From NCBI GenBank assembly GCA_947600345.1, contig CANQGC010000001.1, positions 1 through 52,104 on the forward strand: DNA of 52,104 bases, given 5' to 3'. This DNA comes from an uncultured Clostridia bacterium. GTDB taxonomy: Bacteria; Bacillota; Clostridia; Christensenellales; Aristaeellaceae. Below are positions 37,787 through 47,112 of this stretch, one piece after another; positions within the stretch are counted from its first letter, which is position 1; every line of letters starts with the position of its first letter. The notes under the pieces were generated by a model, which was not told the origin of the DNA, did no database searches, and saw nothing but the letters and a program-made list of their open reading frames with translations. The position numbers and the translations under genes are program-made.

Positions 37787-38890
37787 ATGGATATGCGCAC
37801 GCGCAAGAAAAATCCATGGGCGATCGTTCTGCTGATATTGGTGCTGTGCTGCGCGATTGCGTACGGATGTGCCGCGTTGGGCGCGCGCGTTTTCGCTTCG
37901 GACAGCTTCGGAGAGACCAAGACGGTGGATATCGCCAATCTGCAGGACCTGCACGTCATTGCCGATGGCTTTGTGTACTACGACGGTAGCACCATTTCCC
38001 ACATCTCCTCCACCGGAAGGGCCGGATGGTCCTACCTGGTGGGCGCGAACGCGGGCTTCCACGCCTCCGACTACGGCGTGGCGGTCTGGCAGGAGAAGAC
38101 GCTCACGTTGATCGACACGGAGTCCGGCGACACCACCTTCAACGGCACCATGGACGCGGACGTGATCAGCGCCCACATCGACGATCACTACGCCGCGGTG
38201 CTCACCGGTTCGGAGACCAGCGGCACGATGATACTGATGGGAAGCGACGGCCGCCAGGTCAGCCAGATCGTGCTGGACGACGTGACGGTGATCGACTACG
38301 GCTTCTTCTCCAACGGCTCGCTGCTGTGGGTGATGCTGTTGGATTCCAACGGCACGGCGCCCACCTGCGACATACAGACCTACCGGCCCGGCAAGGAGAT
38401 CGTCGGCTCGATTCACGACAACGAGCAGATTTCCTACGCGGTGATGTTCCAGCAATCTCAGGTGCTGGTCGCGGGCGACACCTACCTGCGCACCTACGAC
38501 TACACCGGCACCGAGGATCCCGATCACAGGAGGCTGATCTACGGCTGGTATCTGGCGAGCGCCGAAACCAGCGCGGACGATCCGCTGATGGCGCTCGTGA
38601 ACGACGCCCAGCTCCAGGGGGATTCCAACATCCGGGATCTGCGCATGATGCGCTCGAATTTGGACCGCGTGGTGCGATTGCCCTTCGGCTGCATGAACGT
38701 GGTGGCCCGGGGGAACACGGTCTACGGCTTCTCGGACGACGGCCACCTGGTCTCGGTGCAGACGGATCAGGTATCGCCGACGGCGTATCAGCTGAACCTG
38801 CAGCACATTTCCACCGTGTACGGCGTCACGCAGGACGGCGTGGCGGTGCTCGGCAACGGAGATTCTGTCTATCTCGTTTCCCTGCGCTGA
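37787..38890 (+). CDS. membrane-anchored hypothetical protein (possibly DUF5711-like)
   Basis: GGAGG RBS. N-terminal TM anchor, then a beta-rich extracellular region. The family name is from memory and has low certainty. Confidence 0.65.
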   Translation: MDMRTRKKNPWAIVLLILVLCCAIAYGCAALGARVFASDSFGETKTVDIANLQDLHVIADGFVYYDGSTISHISSTGRAGWSYLVGANAGFHASDYGVAVWQEKTLTLIDTESGDTTFNGTMDADVISAHIDDHYAAVLTGSETSGTMILMGSDGRQVSQIVLDDVTVIDYGFFSNGSLLWVMLLDSNGTAPTCDIQTYRPGKEIVGSIHDNEQISYAVMFQQSQVLVAGDTYLRTYDYTGTEDPDHRRLIYGWYLASAETSADDPLMALVNDAQLQGDSNIRDLRMMRSNLDRVVRLPFGCMNVVARGNTVYGFSDDGHLVSVQTDQVSPTAYQLNLQHISTVYGVTQDGVAVLGNGDSVYLVSLR

Positions 38891-38956
38891 GGCCGGATAG
38901 AGGCGGCCGCTCCGGGGAATTCTGGAAAGGGTATTCTAAAAGGGGGAGAGCGGAAT

Positions 38957-39685
38957 ATGAATATTCTGGACGTCCTGATCCTGTTGGTGCTCGCCTTCTG
39001 CCTGCTGGCGGGCATGCACAAGGGTTTCATCTCGTCGCTCTTATCGACCGTGGGCTTTGTGGGCTCCTGGTTTGGCGCTCGGGCGATCTACGAGCGCATC
39101 GCGAACATGGTGCTCTCCAATACCACGCTGATGGCGGTGTTGAACCAGTATCTCGAGCCGGAGACCTTCTTCAGCAGCAGCGCACAGGCGGCGACGACGG
39201 TCACGGAGGTCGTCTCCGGCGGCGAAGTGGCGATCAAGGCCGCGGTCGCGCCGGTGGCGGAGCGAATATCGGTGATCTCCCGGGCCTTCGAGGCGAACAT
39301 ACGGAATCAGGCGTTTACCAAGCTCAACATATACTCGCTGTCGGACTATCTGGACCAGACCGTCTGGCAGGCGGTGTTCAACGTGCTGGCGTTCCTGCTG
39401 GCGTTCGCGGTGCTCTATATATTGGCGGCGCTGGTGGTAAACCTGCTGGACCACGTGGTTCCCTTCCCGGTGCTGCGGATGTTTGACTGGCTCGCGGGCG
39501 GTGCCTTCGGCCTGGTGCGCGGGCTCGTGGTGGTCGTGCTGATTCTCTGCGTGCTGCCCAGTGTCGTCTCGCTGGTCTCTCCGGAGCTGATTCAGAAGCT
39601 GATTTCCGAATCCCAGCTATATAGCTTCGTGAGCAACCTCGATCTGTTGAATGTCGCCGGAACGGTCGCGCAATTGATCGGTTAG
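38957..39685 (+). CDS. cvpA: CvpA-family membrane protein
   Basis: MNILDVLILLVLAFCLLAGMHKGFI... is a typical CvpA N-terminus. 4-5 TM helices. Confidence 0.8.
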   Translation: MNILDVLILLVLAFCLLAGMHKGFISSLLSTVGFVGSWFGARAIYERIANMVLSNTTLMAVLNQYLEPETFFSSSAQAATTVTEVVSGGEVAIKAAVAPVAERISVISRAFEANIRNQAFTKLNIYSLSDYLDQTVWQAVFNVLAFLLAFAVLYILAALVVNLLDHVVPFPVLRMFDWLAGGAFGLVRGLVVVVLILCVLPSVVSLVSPELIQKLISESQLYSFVSNLDLLNVAGTVAQLIG

Positions 39686-39722
39686 AACAGATCGCAACGC
39701 GCCCCCAGCGCGCTCCGCGCAG

Positions 39723-39746
39723 AAGAGCCGCATGTGCGGCTCTTTT
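39723..39746 (+). terminator. rho-independent terminator after cvpA
   Basis: AAGAGCCGCA-TG-TGCGGCTCTT followed by TT. Confidence 0.55.
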
Positions 39747-39820
39747 GCATGAGGGCTCGCGGGCGCACATTTGGATAATAAAAGAAATCGCAGAAATTAA
39801 AAGAAACGTCGGAGGAAAGA

Positions 39821-42571
39821 ATGGCAAGGCAAAAGCAACAGCCCGTCTACGAAGATCGATCGGAATCCAGCGGCGCGCCACTGAAGATATTGCTGGCGGT
39901 GGTGTGCTTCGGGCTGGCGGTGCTGCTGATCTATCTGGCCACGGCGCAGCCCCAGGAGGCCACCGCGATGGCCGCCATCCGCGATGTGATGCGCGGCATC
40001 GGCGGCAGCGTGAACCCGGTGCTCTCGCTGGTGCTGGTGTGGATCGGCGTGCTGCTGGTGTTCTCCGCGCGGGGGCGCCGCGTTCGCATGCTGAACGTCA
40101 TCGTCAACGCGCTGCTGTTTCTGTGCCTGTTCACGGCGGTGCAGCTGTTCTCCGCCGGGGAGATATTCGAGCAGCGAATGACCATCACCAGCTTCGCAAA
40201 CTTTGTCAGCCAGTCCTATCAGTACGGCGCGGGCGGCGGCGTGATCGGAGCGCTGCTGGCCTACCCGCTGTTCCGCTTCGCCGGGGGCGCCTGGGGCGGA
40301 TTGATCGTGGTGCTGATCGTGGTGCTGCTGTGCCTCCTGATCACCGGCCGCGCCCAGCGCGCCTACCGCTGGGCCGCGGAGCGCGCCGACGCGGGCGCCC
40401 AGCGCCGGGAGCAGCGGCAGCAGGAGCGCAGAGTAGAACAAATGTTCGATCCTGAGTACGGCCGCCGGATGCAGGCCCCGCAGATGCGCAGGCCGCCCCG
40501 GCAGCCCCAGCCCCAGCGCCGGGTGCGCCCGGAGCGGGACTACATGGTGATCGACGATCCCAAGCCCGTGCGGCGCAATCCGCGCCCGGCGGCAGCCTCC
40601 ACCAGGACGCTCTACGACGAGGCGCCGGAGGCCGGGCGCGCTCCGAGGCCCCAGTCCGGCGGCATGGAGATTCCCAAATCCCTGCGCAAGATACGCGAGA
40701 ACCGCGCCGCCGAGCAGCGCGAGCTCCTGGAGCGGGAGAAGCGCGAAGCGGAGGCAGAGGCGCAGGCGCGGCGGCAGAGCGCCGCGGAGCGCGAGCCCGC
40801 CAGCGACGTGCCCGACTTCTTCACCGTGAAGGACGACATGAAGGATGCGCCCGCCCCCGGCGAAGCGCCCGCCGAGCCGTCCGCCGGCCGCAGGGAATCC
40901 TCCGCCGCGCAGAAGCCGAAGAAGCGCACCGTGGTGGAGGGCGTGCGCGCCCTGGCCGTGGACGACATCGTGCCCGAGACCGAGCCGGAGGACATCGAGG
41001 ACGACGAGCCGCCCTTCGACGTGCCGCACACCGCGGGCAAGCCCACCGCGAAGTCGGCGGAGAAGTCCGCAACCGAGGCGGCCTTCCGCCCCGCCGCGGA
41101 GGCGGAGGACGGCGAGGAGATCTACAACTACCCGCCCATCGACCTGCTGGCCCAGGGCGAGCAGACGCGCGCCACGCAGCTTCAGAAGGACGACGACCAC
41201 CGCAAGGCGGACAAGCTGATCGAGACGCTGGAGAGCTTCGGCATCGAGACCCGGCTGATCGGCATCGCCCACGGCCCCGCCGTCACTCGCTTCGAGCTGC
41301 AGCCCGCGCCGGGCGTCAAGGTCAGCCGCATCACCTCGCTGTCGGACGACATCGCGCTGGGCCTGGCGGCCATGTCCGTGCGCATCGAGGCGCCCATCCC
41401 CGGCAAGGCCGCCGTGGGCGTGGAGATCCCCAACGACAAGGTGGAGATGGTGCGCCTGCGCGACGTGCTGGAGTGCCCCGAGGCCAAGCGCCACCCGTCG
41501 AAGATCGCCGTGGGCCTGGGCAAGGACAACTCCGGCCGCTACATCGTGGCCGACATCGCCAAGATGCCCCACGTGCTCATCGCCGGTCAGACCGGCTCCG
41601 GTAAGTCCGTGTGCATCAACTCCATCATCACGTCGATCCTCTACCGCGCCGCGCCCGACGAGGTGCGCATGATACTGATCGACCCGAAGGTCGTGGAGCT
41701 TTCGATTTACAACGACATTCCGCACCTGATCGCGCCGGTGGTCACCGACCCGAAGAAGGCCAGCTCCGCGCTGGATTGGGCCGTGGCCGAGATGAGCATG
41801 CGCTACAAGCGCTTCGCCGAGCGCGACGTGCGCGACATCAAGGGCTACAATAAGAAGCTGGAGCCGGACGAGAAGCCCATGCCCCAGATCGTGATCGTCA
41901 TCGACGAGCTGGCCGATTTAATGATGGTCGCCCCCGGCGAGGTCGAGGACAGCATCTGCCGCCTGGCCCAGCTTGCCCGCGCGGCGGGCATGCACCTGGT
42001 CATCGCCACCCAGCGGCCGTCGGTGAACGTCATCACCGGCATCATCAAGGCCAACATCCCCACCCGCATCGCCTTCTCCGTGGCCTCCCAGGTGGATAGC
42101 CGCACGATGATCGACCACGGCGGCGCGGAGAAGCTGCTGGGCAACGGCGACATGCTCTTCGTGCCCTCCGGCATCAACAAGCCGCTGCGCGTGCAGGGCG
42201 CCTGGGTCTCCGACGAGGAGGTTCACGCCATCGTGTCCTACATCAAGGCCCGCAGCGAAACCACCTACGACGAGGACGTGGTGGAGAAGATCGAGAACTC
42301 CGTGCGCTCCGACGCCGAGCGCGAGGAGGTGGCCGATGAGTACGACCCGCGCCTGCCCGAGGCCGTGGAGATCGTTATCGAGGCCGGACAGGCCTCCACC
42401 TCCATGCTCCAGCGCCGCATGCGCGTGGGCTACGCCCGCGCAGGCCGCCTCATCGACGAGATGGAGAAGCGCGGCGTGATCGGCGAGGCCGACGGCTCCA
42501 AGCCCCGCAACGTGCTGATGAGCCGCGAGGAATTCAACAATACCTTCGGCGAGGCGCCCGAAGAGCCATGA
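39821..42571 (+). CDS. ftsK: DNA translocase FtsK/SpoIIIE
   Basis: N-terminal TM helices, a low-complexity P/Q/E/A linker, motor domain with Walker A GQTGSGKS, and a C-terminal gamma winged helix (LQRRMRVGYARAGRLIDEME). Confidence 0.95.
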   Translation: MARQKQQPVYEDRSESSGAPLKILLAVVCFGLAVLLIYLATAQPQEATAMAAIRDVMRGIGGSVNPVLSLVLVWIGVLLVFSARGRRVRMLNVIVNALLFLCLFTAVQLFSAGEIFEQRMTITSFANFVSQSYQYGAGGGVIGALLAYPLFRFAGGAWGGLIVVLIVVLLCLLITGRAQRAYRWAAERADAGAQRREQRQQERRVEQMFDPEYGRRMQAPQMRRPPRQPQPQRRVRPERDYMVIDDPKPVRRNPRPAAASTRTLYDEAPEAGRAPRPQSGGMEIPKSLRKIRENRAAEQRELLEREKREAEAEAQARRQSAAEREPASDVPDFFTVKDDMKDAPAPGEAPAEPSAGRRESSAAQKPKKRTVVEGVRALAVDDIVPETEPEDIEDDEPPFDVPHTAGKPTAKSAEKSATEAAFRPAAEAEDGEEIYNYPPIDLLAQGEQTRATQLQKDDDHRKADKLIETLESFGIETRLIGIAHGPAVTRFELQPAPGVKVSRITSLSDDIALGLAAMSVRIEAPIPGKAAVGVEIPNDKVEMVRLRDVLECPEAKRHPSKIAVGLGKDNSGRYIVADIAKMPHVLIAGQTGSGKSVCINSIITSILYRAAPDEVRMILIDPKVVELSIYNDIPHLIAPVVTDPKKASSALDWAVAEMSMRYKRFAERDVRDIKGYNKKLEPDEKPMPQIVIVIDELADLMMVAPGEVEDSICRLAQLARAAGMHLVIATQRPSVNVITGIIKANIPTRIAFSVASQVDSRTMIDHGGAEKLLGNGDMLFVPSGINKPLRVQGAWVSDEEVHAIVSYIKARSETTYDEDVVEKIENSVRSDAEREEVADEYDPRLPEAVEIVIEAGQASTSMLQRRMRVGYARAGRLIDEMEKRGVIGEADGSKPRNVLMSREEFNNTFGEAPEEP

Positions 42572-43260
42572 TCCGCCGCTTCCCACTGCTGCGCAGCGCG
42601 AATGATCTGGCCGCGCTGGTGAACGAGGTCGGCTTCGTGCCCTTCTTCATCAACGAGATCCCCGGCTTCTCCATAGAAGAGAGCACGCCCGGCGAGCTCT
42701 GGTTCGAGGAGGGCGCCGACGGCCCCTGGGAGTGGAAGGATCGCACCATCCAAGGCGCGGGCTGCGCCTATGGCAAGTTCTACCGGGGCCGCGCCATGTA
42801 CATAAGCCGCGAATGGTTTCCGGACTTCTGTAACTACCGCCGCGACGGCTACGACTTCGAGGGCTTCTATAACGACGGCCACGCCGGCAAGCGGGATAAG
42901 CGCCTGCTGGACGCGCTGGCGGAGACCGGCCCGGCGCAGGCGCGGGATCTGAAGCGCCAGGCTAAGTTCGATAAGGACGAGCGCCGGGGCTTCGATGGAT
43001 TGCTGACAAGGCTGCAGATGCAGACGTTTCTGCTGATCGACGGCATTGAGTACCGCACGGACCGCTTCGGCCAGCGCTACGGCTGGGGCGTGTGCCGCTA
43101 CGCGACGCCGGAGCAAAGGTTCGGAGAAGGCTTCCTGGCGGAAGCCTATGAAAGGGAGCCGAAGGAATCCGGACAAAGGATACTGGAGCAGCTTCATAAG
43201 CTCCTGCCCGACGCCAGCGAAAGCGCGCTCGCTGCAGTCCTGGGCAAAGGCCCATCGTAA
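42568..43260 (+). CDS. hypothetical protein, possibly an AlkZ/YcaQ-related winged-helix protein
   Basis: 230 aa with coding-like composition. ATGA overlap with the ftsK stop. The family guess has low certainty. Confidence 0.6.
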   Translation: MIRRFPLLRSANDLAALVNEVGFVPFFINEIPGFSIEESTPGELWFEEGADGPWEWKDRTIQGAGCAYGKFYRGRAMYISREWFPDFCNYRRDGYDFEGFYNDGHAGKRDKRLLDALAETGPAQARDLKRQAKFDKDERRGFDGLLTRLQMQTFLLIDGIEYRTDRFGQRYGWGVCRYATPEQRFGEGFLAEAYEREPKESGQRILEQLHKLLPDASESALAAVLGKGPS

Positions 43261-43263
43261 CCC

Positions 43264-43500
43264 CAGAAGGGAGAATCCAAGGAACCTCAGGTTCCTTGGC
43301 AGGAATTCTTAAGGGACAGCGTCCCTTAAGCAGGTCTGGGCGGAGCCCAGCGTCACCCCAGCGGCCCGCGGTATCCATCCAAAGCCCGACAAAGTGCCCC
43401 ACCGCCCCACCGCCCCCATACCGCGGGCCGCCGCGGCGCCTTTCAAATTGGAAAGCCAAGGCTTTCCAATTTGAAACAGCCGCCACTAACTCTCAAGCGA
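43264..43500 (+). repeat. extragenic multi-hairpin element, copy 3 (module B only)
   Basis: Starts CAGAAGGGAGAATCC. Palindromes CCAAGGAACC-TCA-GGTTCCTTGG, CTTAAGGGAC-AGC-GTCCCTTAAG, TCTGGGC-GGA-GCCCAG, GCGGCCCGCGGTAT...ATACCGCGGGCCGC and TTCAAATTGGAAAGCC-AAG-GCTTTCCAATTTGAA. Confidence 0.85.
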
Positions 43501-43557
43501 ACCCCGCCCGTCCCCTACCCCCATCCCGCCGCCAAATACGAGAGAGGAAGCAATCCC

Positions 43558-44889
43558 ATGAGCAAAACCAATGCGCAAAAGCCCACCGCAGGCGTCGTCT
43601 CCCTGGGCTGCGCGAAGAACCTGGTGGACTCGGAAAACCTGCTGGGCATGCTCCGCGACCGGGGCTACGAGATCGTCTCCGATCCCTCCGAAGCGGAGAT
43701 CATATTCGTCAACACCTGCGGCTTCATCGAGTCCGCCAAGCAGGAATCCATCGACACCATCCTGGAGATGGCCGAGTACAAGAAGACCGGCAAATTGAAG
43801 CAGCTCTTCGTCACCGGCTGCCTGGCCCAGCGCTACGCAAGCGAGCTCGCGCAGGAGCTGCCCGAGGTGGACGGCTTCATGGGCGTGGCCGACTACGCCC
43901 GGCTCTACGACATGCTGGACGAGGCCAATTCCGGCGAACGCCCGGTCTACATGCGCGACGGCGAGCGCTTCTTCCAGTGCGGCCGCGTGCTCAGCGCCAA
44001 CGCCTTCTCCGCCTACGTCAAGATCTCCGACGGCTGCGATAACCGCTGTACCTACTGCGCGATCCCGCTGATCCGCGGCAGCTACGCCTCGCGCCCCTTC
44101 GACGACATCGTGGACGAGTGCAGAAGCCTCGCCGCACAGGGCGTGACGGAGCTCACGCTGATCGCCCAGGACACCAGCCGCTACGGCTGCGACCTCGGCG
44201 ACGGCCACTACCAGCTGCCGGAGCTCCTGCGCGCGGTCAGCGAGATCGAGGGCGTGCACTGGGTGCGCGTGCTCTACTGCTACCCGGACAGCACCGAGGA
44301 CCGGCTGCTGGACGAGATCGCCAATAATCCCAAGGTCGCGCCCTACCTGGACCTGCCGCTGCAGCACATCAACGACGACCTGCTCCGACGGATGAACCGC
44401 CGGGGTGACGCGGCGTGGATCAGGAGCCGCCTGGCGGAGTGCCGGAAGCGGGGCATCATCGTGCGCACCACGATGATCGTGGGCTTCCCGGGCGAGACGG
44501 ACGCGCAGTTCGCGGAGCTGCTGGACTTCGTGAAGGAGGCTCGCTTCGACCGGCTGGGCGCGTTCACCTACTCGCCGGAGGAGGGCACGCCCGCTGAGCG
44601 CATGCCGGACCAGATCGACGAGGAAGTGAAGGCCGAGCGGCTGGACCAGCTGATGATGCTGCAGCAGGCGATCTCCGCCGAGCTCATGGCGGAGCGCATC
44701 GGCACGGAGTGCGAGGTGCTGGTGGAGGGGCAGGACGAGGACGGCTGGTACGGCCGGTCCATCTACGAGGCCCCGGAGTCCGACGGTGTGATCCATTTGA
44801 ATGCGGACCGGGAGCTGGTTCCCGGGGAATACGTCCGCGCGCGGGTGGTCGCCGCGGACGCCTACGACCTGACGGCGGAGGTGCTGTGA
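43558..44889 (+). CDS. rimO: ribosomal protein S12 methylthiotransferase RimO
   Basis: Start MSKTNAQKPTAGVVSLGCAKNLVDSE after GAGAGGAAG. Radical SAM motif CDNRCTYC. C-terminal TRAM domain. Confidence 0.9.
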   Translation: MSKTNAQKPTAGVVSLGCAKNLVDSENLLGMLRDRGYEIVSDPSEAEIIFVNTCGFIESAKQESIDTILEMAEYKKTGKLKQLFVTGCLAQRYASELAQELPEVDGFMGVADYARLYDMLDEANSGERPVYMRDGERFFQCGRVLSANAFSAYVKISDGCDNRCTYCAIPLIRGSYASRPFDDIVDECRSLAAQGVTELTLIAQDTSRYGCDLGDGHYQLPELLRAVSEIEGVHWVRVLYCYPDSTEDRLLDEIANNPKVAPYLDLPLQHINDDLLRRMNRRGDAAWIRSRLAECRKRGIIVRTTMIVGFPGETDAQFAELLDFVKEARFDRLGAFTYSPEEGTPAERMPDQIDEEVKAERLDQLMMLQQAISAELMAERIGTECEVLVEGQDEDGWYGRSIYEAPESDGVIHLNADRELVPGEYVRARVVAADAYDLTAEVL

Positions 44890-44890
44890 G

Positions 44891-45445
44891 ATGAATCTTC
44901 CGAATAAACTAACGATGCTTCGCGTGGTGATGATTCCACTGTTCGTGATTCTGGCGCTGGTGCAGCGGCAGTGGGCCCAGTACCTGGCGCTGCTGGTGTA
45001 CATCGCGGCCTGCGTCACGGATCTGTTCGATGGAAAGATCGCCCGGGCGCGGCACCTGGTCACCGACTTCGGCAAGTTTGCCGATCCCATCGCGGACAAG
45101 CTGCTGGTGATGTCGGCGCTCATTGTGCTGGTGGATTCCCAGAGGATGCCCGCCTGGGTGTGCATCGTGATGCTGGCGCGGGAGTTCATCATCTCCGGCC
45201 TGCGCATGGTGGCGGCGGGCAAGGGCACCGTGATCGCCGCGGCGATGCTGGGCAAGCTCAAGACGGTGTTCCAGATGAGCGCCACCATCGCGCTGATGCT
45301 GCTGGTGCCGGTACAGGGGCGGCCGCTGCTGGGCCACTTCGGCGTGGTGCTGGCAAACATACTGATGTACGTCGCCGCCGTGCTGACCATCGTCAGCGGC
45401 GTGGAGTACGTCATGAAGAACATCGACTGCATATCGGACATGTAG
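44891..45445 (+). CDS. pgsA: CDP-diacylglycerol--glycerol-3-phosphate 3-phosphatidyltransferase
   Basis: MNLPNKLTMLRV... with a CDP-alcohol phosphatidyltransferase motif (D.FDG..AR....T.FG.F.DP.ADK). Confidence 0.9.
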   Translation: MNLPNKLTMLRVVMIPLFVILALVQRQWAQYLALLVYIAACVTDLFDGKIARARHLVTDFGKFADPIADKLLVMSALIVLVDSQRMPAWVCIVMLAREFIISGLRMVAAGKGTVIAAAMLGKLKTVFQMSATIALMLLVPVQGRPLLGHFGVVLANILMYVAAVLTIVSGVEYVMKNIDCISDM

Positions 45446-45596
45446 CAGGCAGGGCCTGCGCCCGTCTGCTGCCGCGTTGGAGCGACGGACTTTTGCCCCG
45501 TAGATTATGGGGCAAAAGCCCTGCGTCTGTGCGTCGGTTGGTTCCTTTGTTCGGAGCACGAAATCCAGCCCGTGGATTATGGGCTGGATTTCTTCG
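45446..45596 (+). repeat. extragenic multi-hairpin element, copy 4 (module A, no 3' closing strand)
   Basis: Hairpin GCAGGC-AGG-GCCTGC, then CGTCTGCTGCCGCG, then hairpins at 45489-45519 (loop GTAGATTAT) and 45560-45592 (loop GTGGATTAT). Confidence 0.8.
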
Positions 45597-45615
45597 CTGG
45601 AATTGGGGTTGGGCG

Positions 45616-45643
45616 TTGACTTGTAGGGAAATTTTGTTATAAT
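45616..45643 (+). promoter_or_regulatory. sigma-A type promoter with extended -10
   Basis: TTGACT, 16-nt spacer ending TGt, TATAAT (45638-45643). Confidence 0.65.
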
Positions 45644-45680
45644 TAGAGAAGAAGTTTTGGATGAAGGGGAGGCCTTTTCA

Positions 45681-47036
45681 TTGCCGGATTTTGATCGGAT
45701 GTCGCTGAACGAGCTCGTTCGGCCCGAGGGCTGGGACTGCGACTGCGGGAAGCATCACGTATGTGAATTGAAGTATCTGAAGATCGCGCGCGGGGCGCTG
45801 GCCTCCGTGCCGGAGATGGTGCGCGCGCTCGGGCGGACGAAGCCCTTCGTCGTCTGCGATTCCAACACCTACGCCGTGGCGGGGGAGAGGGTCTGCCAGA
45901 TCCTGGATGCGGCGGGCATTCCGCACGTGTGCTACGTCATTCCCGGCGAGAAGCTCTCGCCCGCCGAGTGGGAGGTCGGCAGCGCCGTGATGCAGTTCGA
46001 TCCCTCCTGCGACCTGCTGCTGGGCGTGGGCTCCGGCGTCATCAACGACACCTGCAAGGTGCTCAGCCACGCCATCGGCATCCCTTCCGCCATCGTCGGC
46101 ACCGCGCCCTCGATGGACGGCTACGCCTCGAACTCCTCCTCGATGGAGGTCAACCACGTGAAGGTCTCGCTCTACAACCACTGCCCCATCGGCGTGCTTC
46201 TGGACGTGGACGTGCTGGCCCAGGCGCCGATGCGCATGCTCTGGGCGGGCTTCGGCGACATGGTGGCCAAGTACGTGGCCATCTGCGAGTGGCGCATCTC
46301 CCACCTGGTCACCGGCGAGTACTACTGCGAGAACGTGGCGCAGATGATGCGCGCGGCGCTCAAGCGCGTGGTCGACGCCTCGGACGGCATCGCCAGCCGC
46401 GACCCGGACGCCATACAGTCCATCGCCGAGGGCCTGCTGATCGCGGGCATCGCCATGGCCTACGCCGAGATCTCCCGCCCGGCCAGTGGGCTTGAGCATT
46501 ACTTCTCCCACATGTGGGAGATGATGGCGCTGGAGCGCGGCGTCCCCTACGACCTGCACGGCATACAGGTGGGCGTGGGCACGGTGCTGACGCTCCGGCT
46601 CTACCGCTGGATCCGGACGCTGACGCCCGACCGCGCGCGGATGGAGGCCCACGCCGCCGCCTTCGATCCGATCGCCTGGGAGGCCCAGGTGCGGCGCATC
46701 TTCGGCAAAACCGCCGACGAGATCGTGTCCATCGAGCACAAGACCCACAAGAACGACCCCGACCGCCTGCAGAGGCGCATCGATGCCATCTGCGCGCACT
46801 GGGACGAGATCACCGCCATCATCGACGCCGAGCTTCCGGACTTCGACGGACTCTACGCGAAGATGAAGGCCACCGGAATGCCCACGGAGCCCCGGGACAT
46901 CGACATCCCCGATTCGGACGTGATCGACGCCTACCTGGGCGCGCGGGACATTCGCGACAAGTACCTCTCCTGCTCAATGCTCTGGGACATGGGCCTCGAG
47001 CGGGAAGCCGCGGAATTCCTGCGCGGCGCACTATAA
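45681..47036 (+). CDS. iron-dependent ADH-superfamily enzyme, probable sn-glycerol-1-phosphate dehydrogenase (AraM/EgsA-like)
   Basis: Frame open from 45657. TTG 45681 lies 8 nt after AAGGGGAGG; alternatives are TTG 45657 and ATG 45696. Has GVGSGVINDTCK and the DHQS-like/Fe-ADH fold pattern. Assignment is from recalled family resemblance. Confidence 0.6.
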   Translation: MPDFDRMSLNELVRPEGWDCDCGKHHVCELKYLKIARGALASVPEMVRALGRTKPFVVCDSNTYAVAGERVCQILDAAGIPHVCYVIPGEKLSPAEWEVGSAVMQFDPSCDLLLGVGSGVINDTCKVLSHAIGIPSAIVGTAPSMDGYASNSSSMEVNHVKVSLYNHCPIGVLLDVDVLAQAPMRMLWAGFGDMVAKYVAICEWRISHLVTGEYYCENVAQMMRAALKRVVDASDGIASRDPDAIQSIAEGLLIAGIAMAYAEISRPASGLEHYFSHMWEMMALERGVPYDLHGIQVGVGTVLTLRLYRWIRTLTPDRARMEAHAAAFDPIAWEAQVRRIFGKTADEIVSIEHKTHKNDPDRLQRRIDAICAHWDEITAIIDAELPDFDGLYAKMKATGMPTEPRDIDIPDSDVIDAYLGARDIRDKYLSCSMLWDMGLEREAAEFLRGAL

Positions 47037-47112
47037 ATGTAATAGAAAAGTAAAGCTTTTCCAGGAACTTTTTAACCAGGGGGCAGTCCAAGGAATAAAG
47101 GAGTGGTGATTC

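Noticed and set aside
39441-39456. TGGACCACGTGGTTCC as a fourth parS site
   Set aside because: Only about 9 of 16 positions match parS. It shares just the central CACGTG core and lies inside the cvpA coding sequence.
39797-41725. 642-aa minus-strand ORF opposite ftsK
   Set aside because: It is a shadow ORF. FtsK motifs (Walker A, gamma domain) are unambiguous on the plus strand.
43486-45441. 651-aa minus-strand ORF opposite rimO/pgsA
   Set aside because: It is a shadow ORF spanning two well-supported plus-strand genes.
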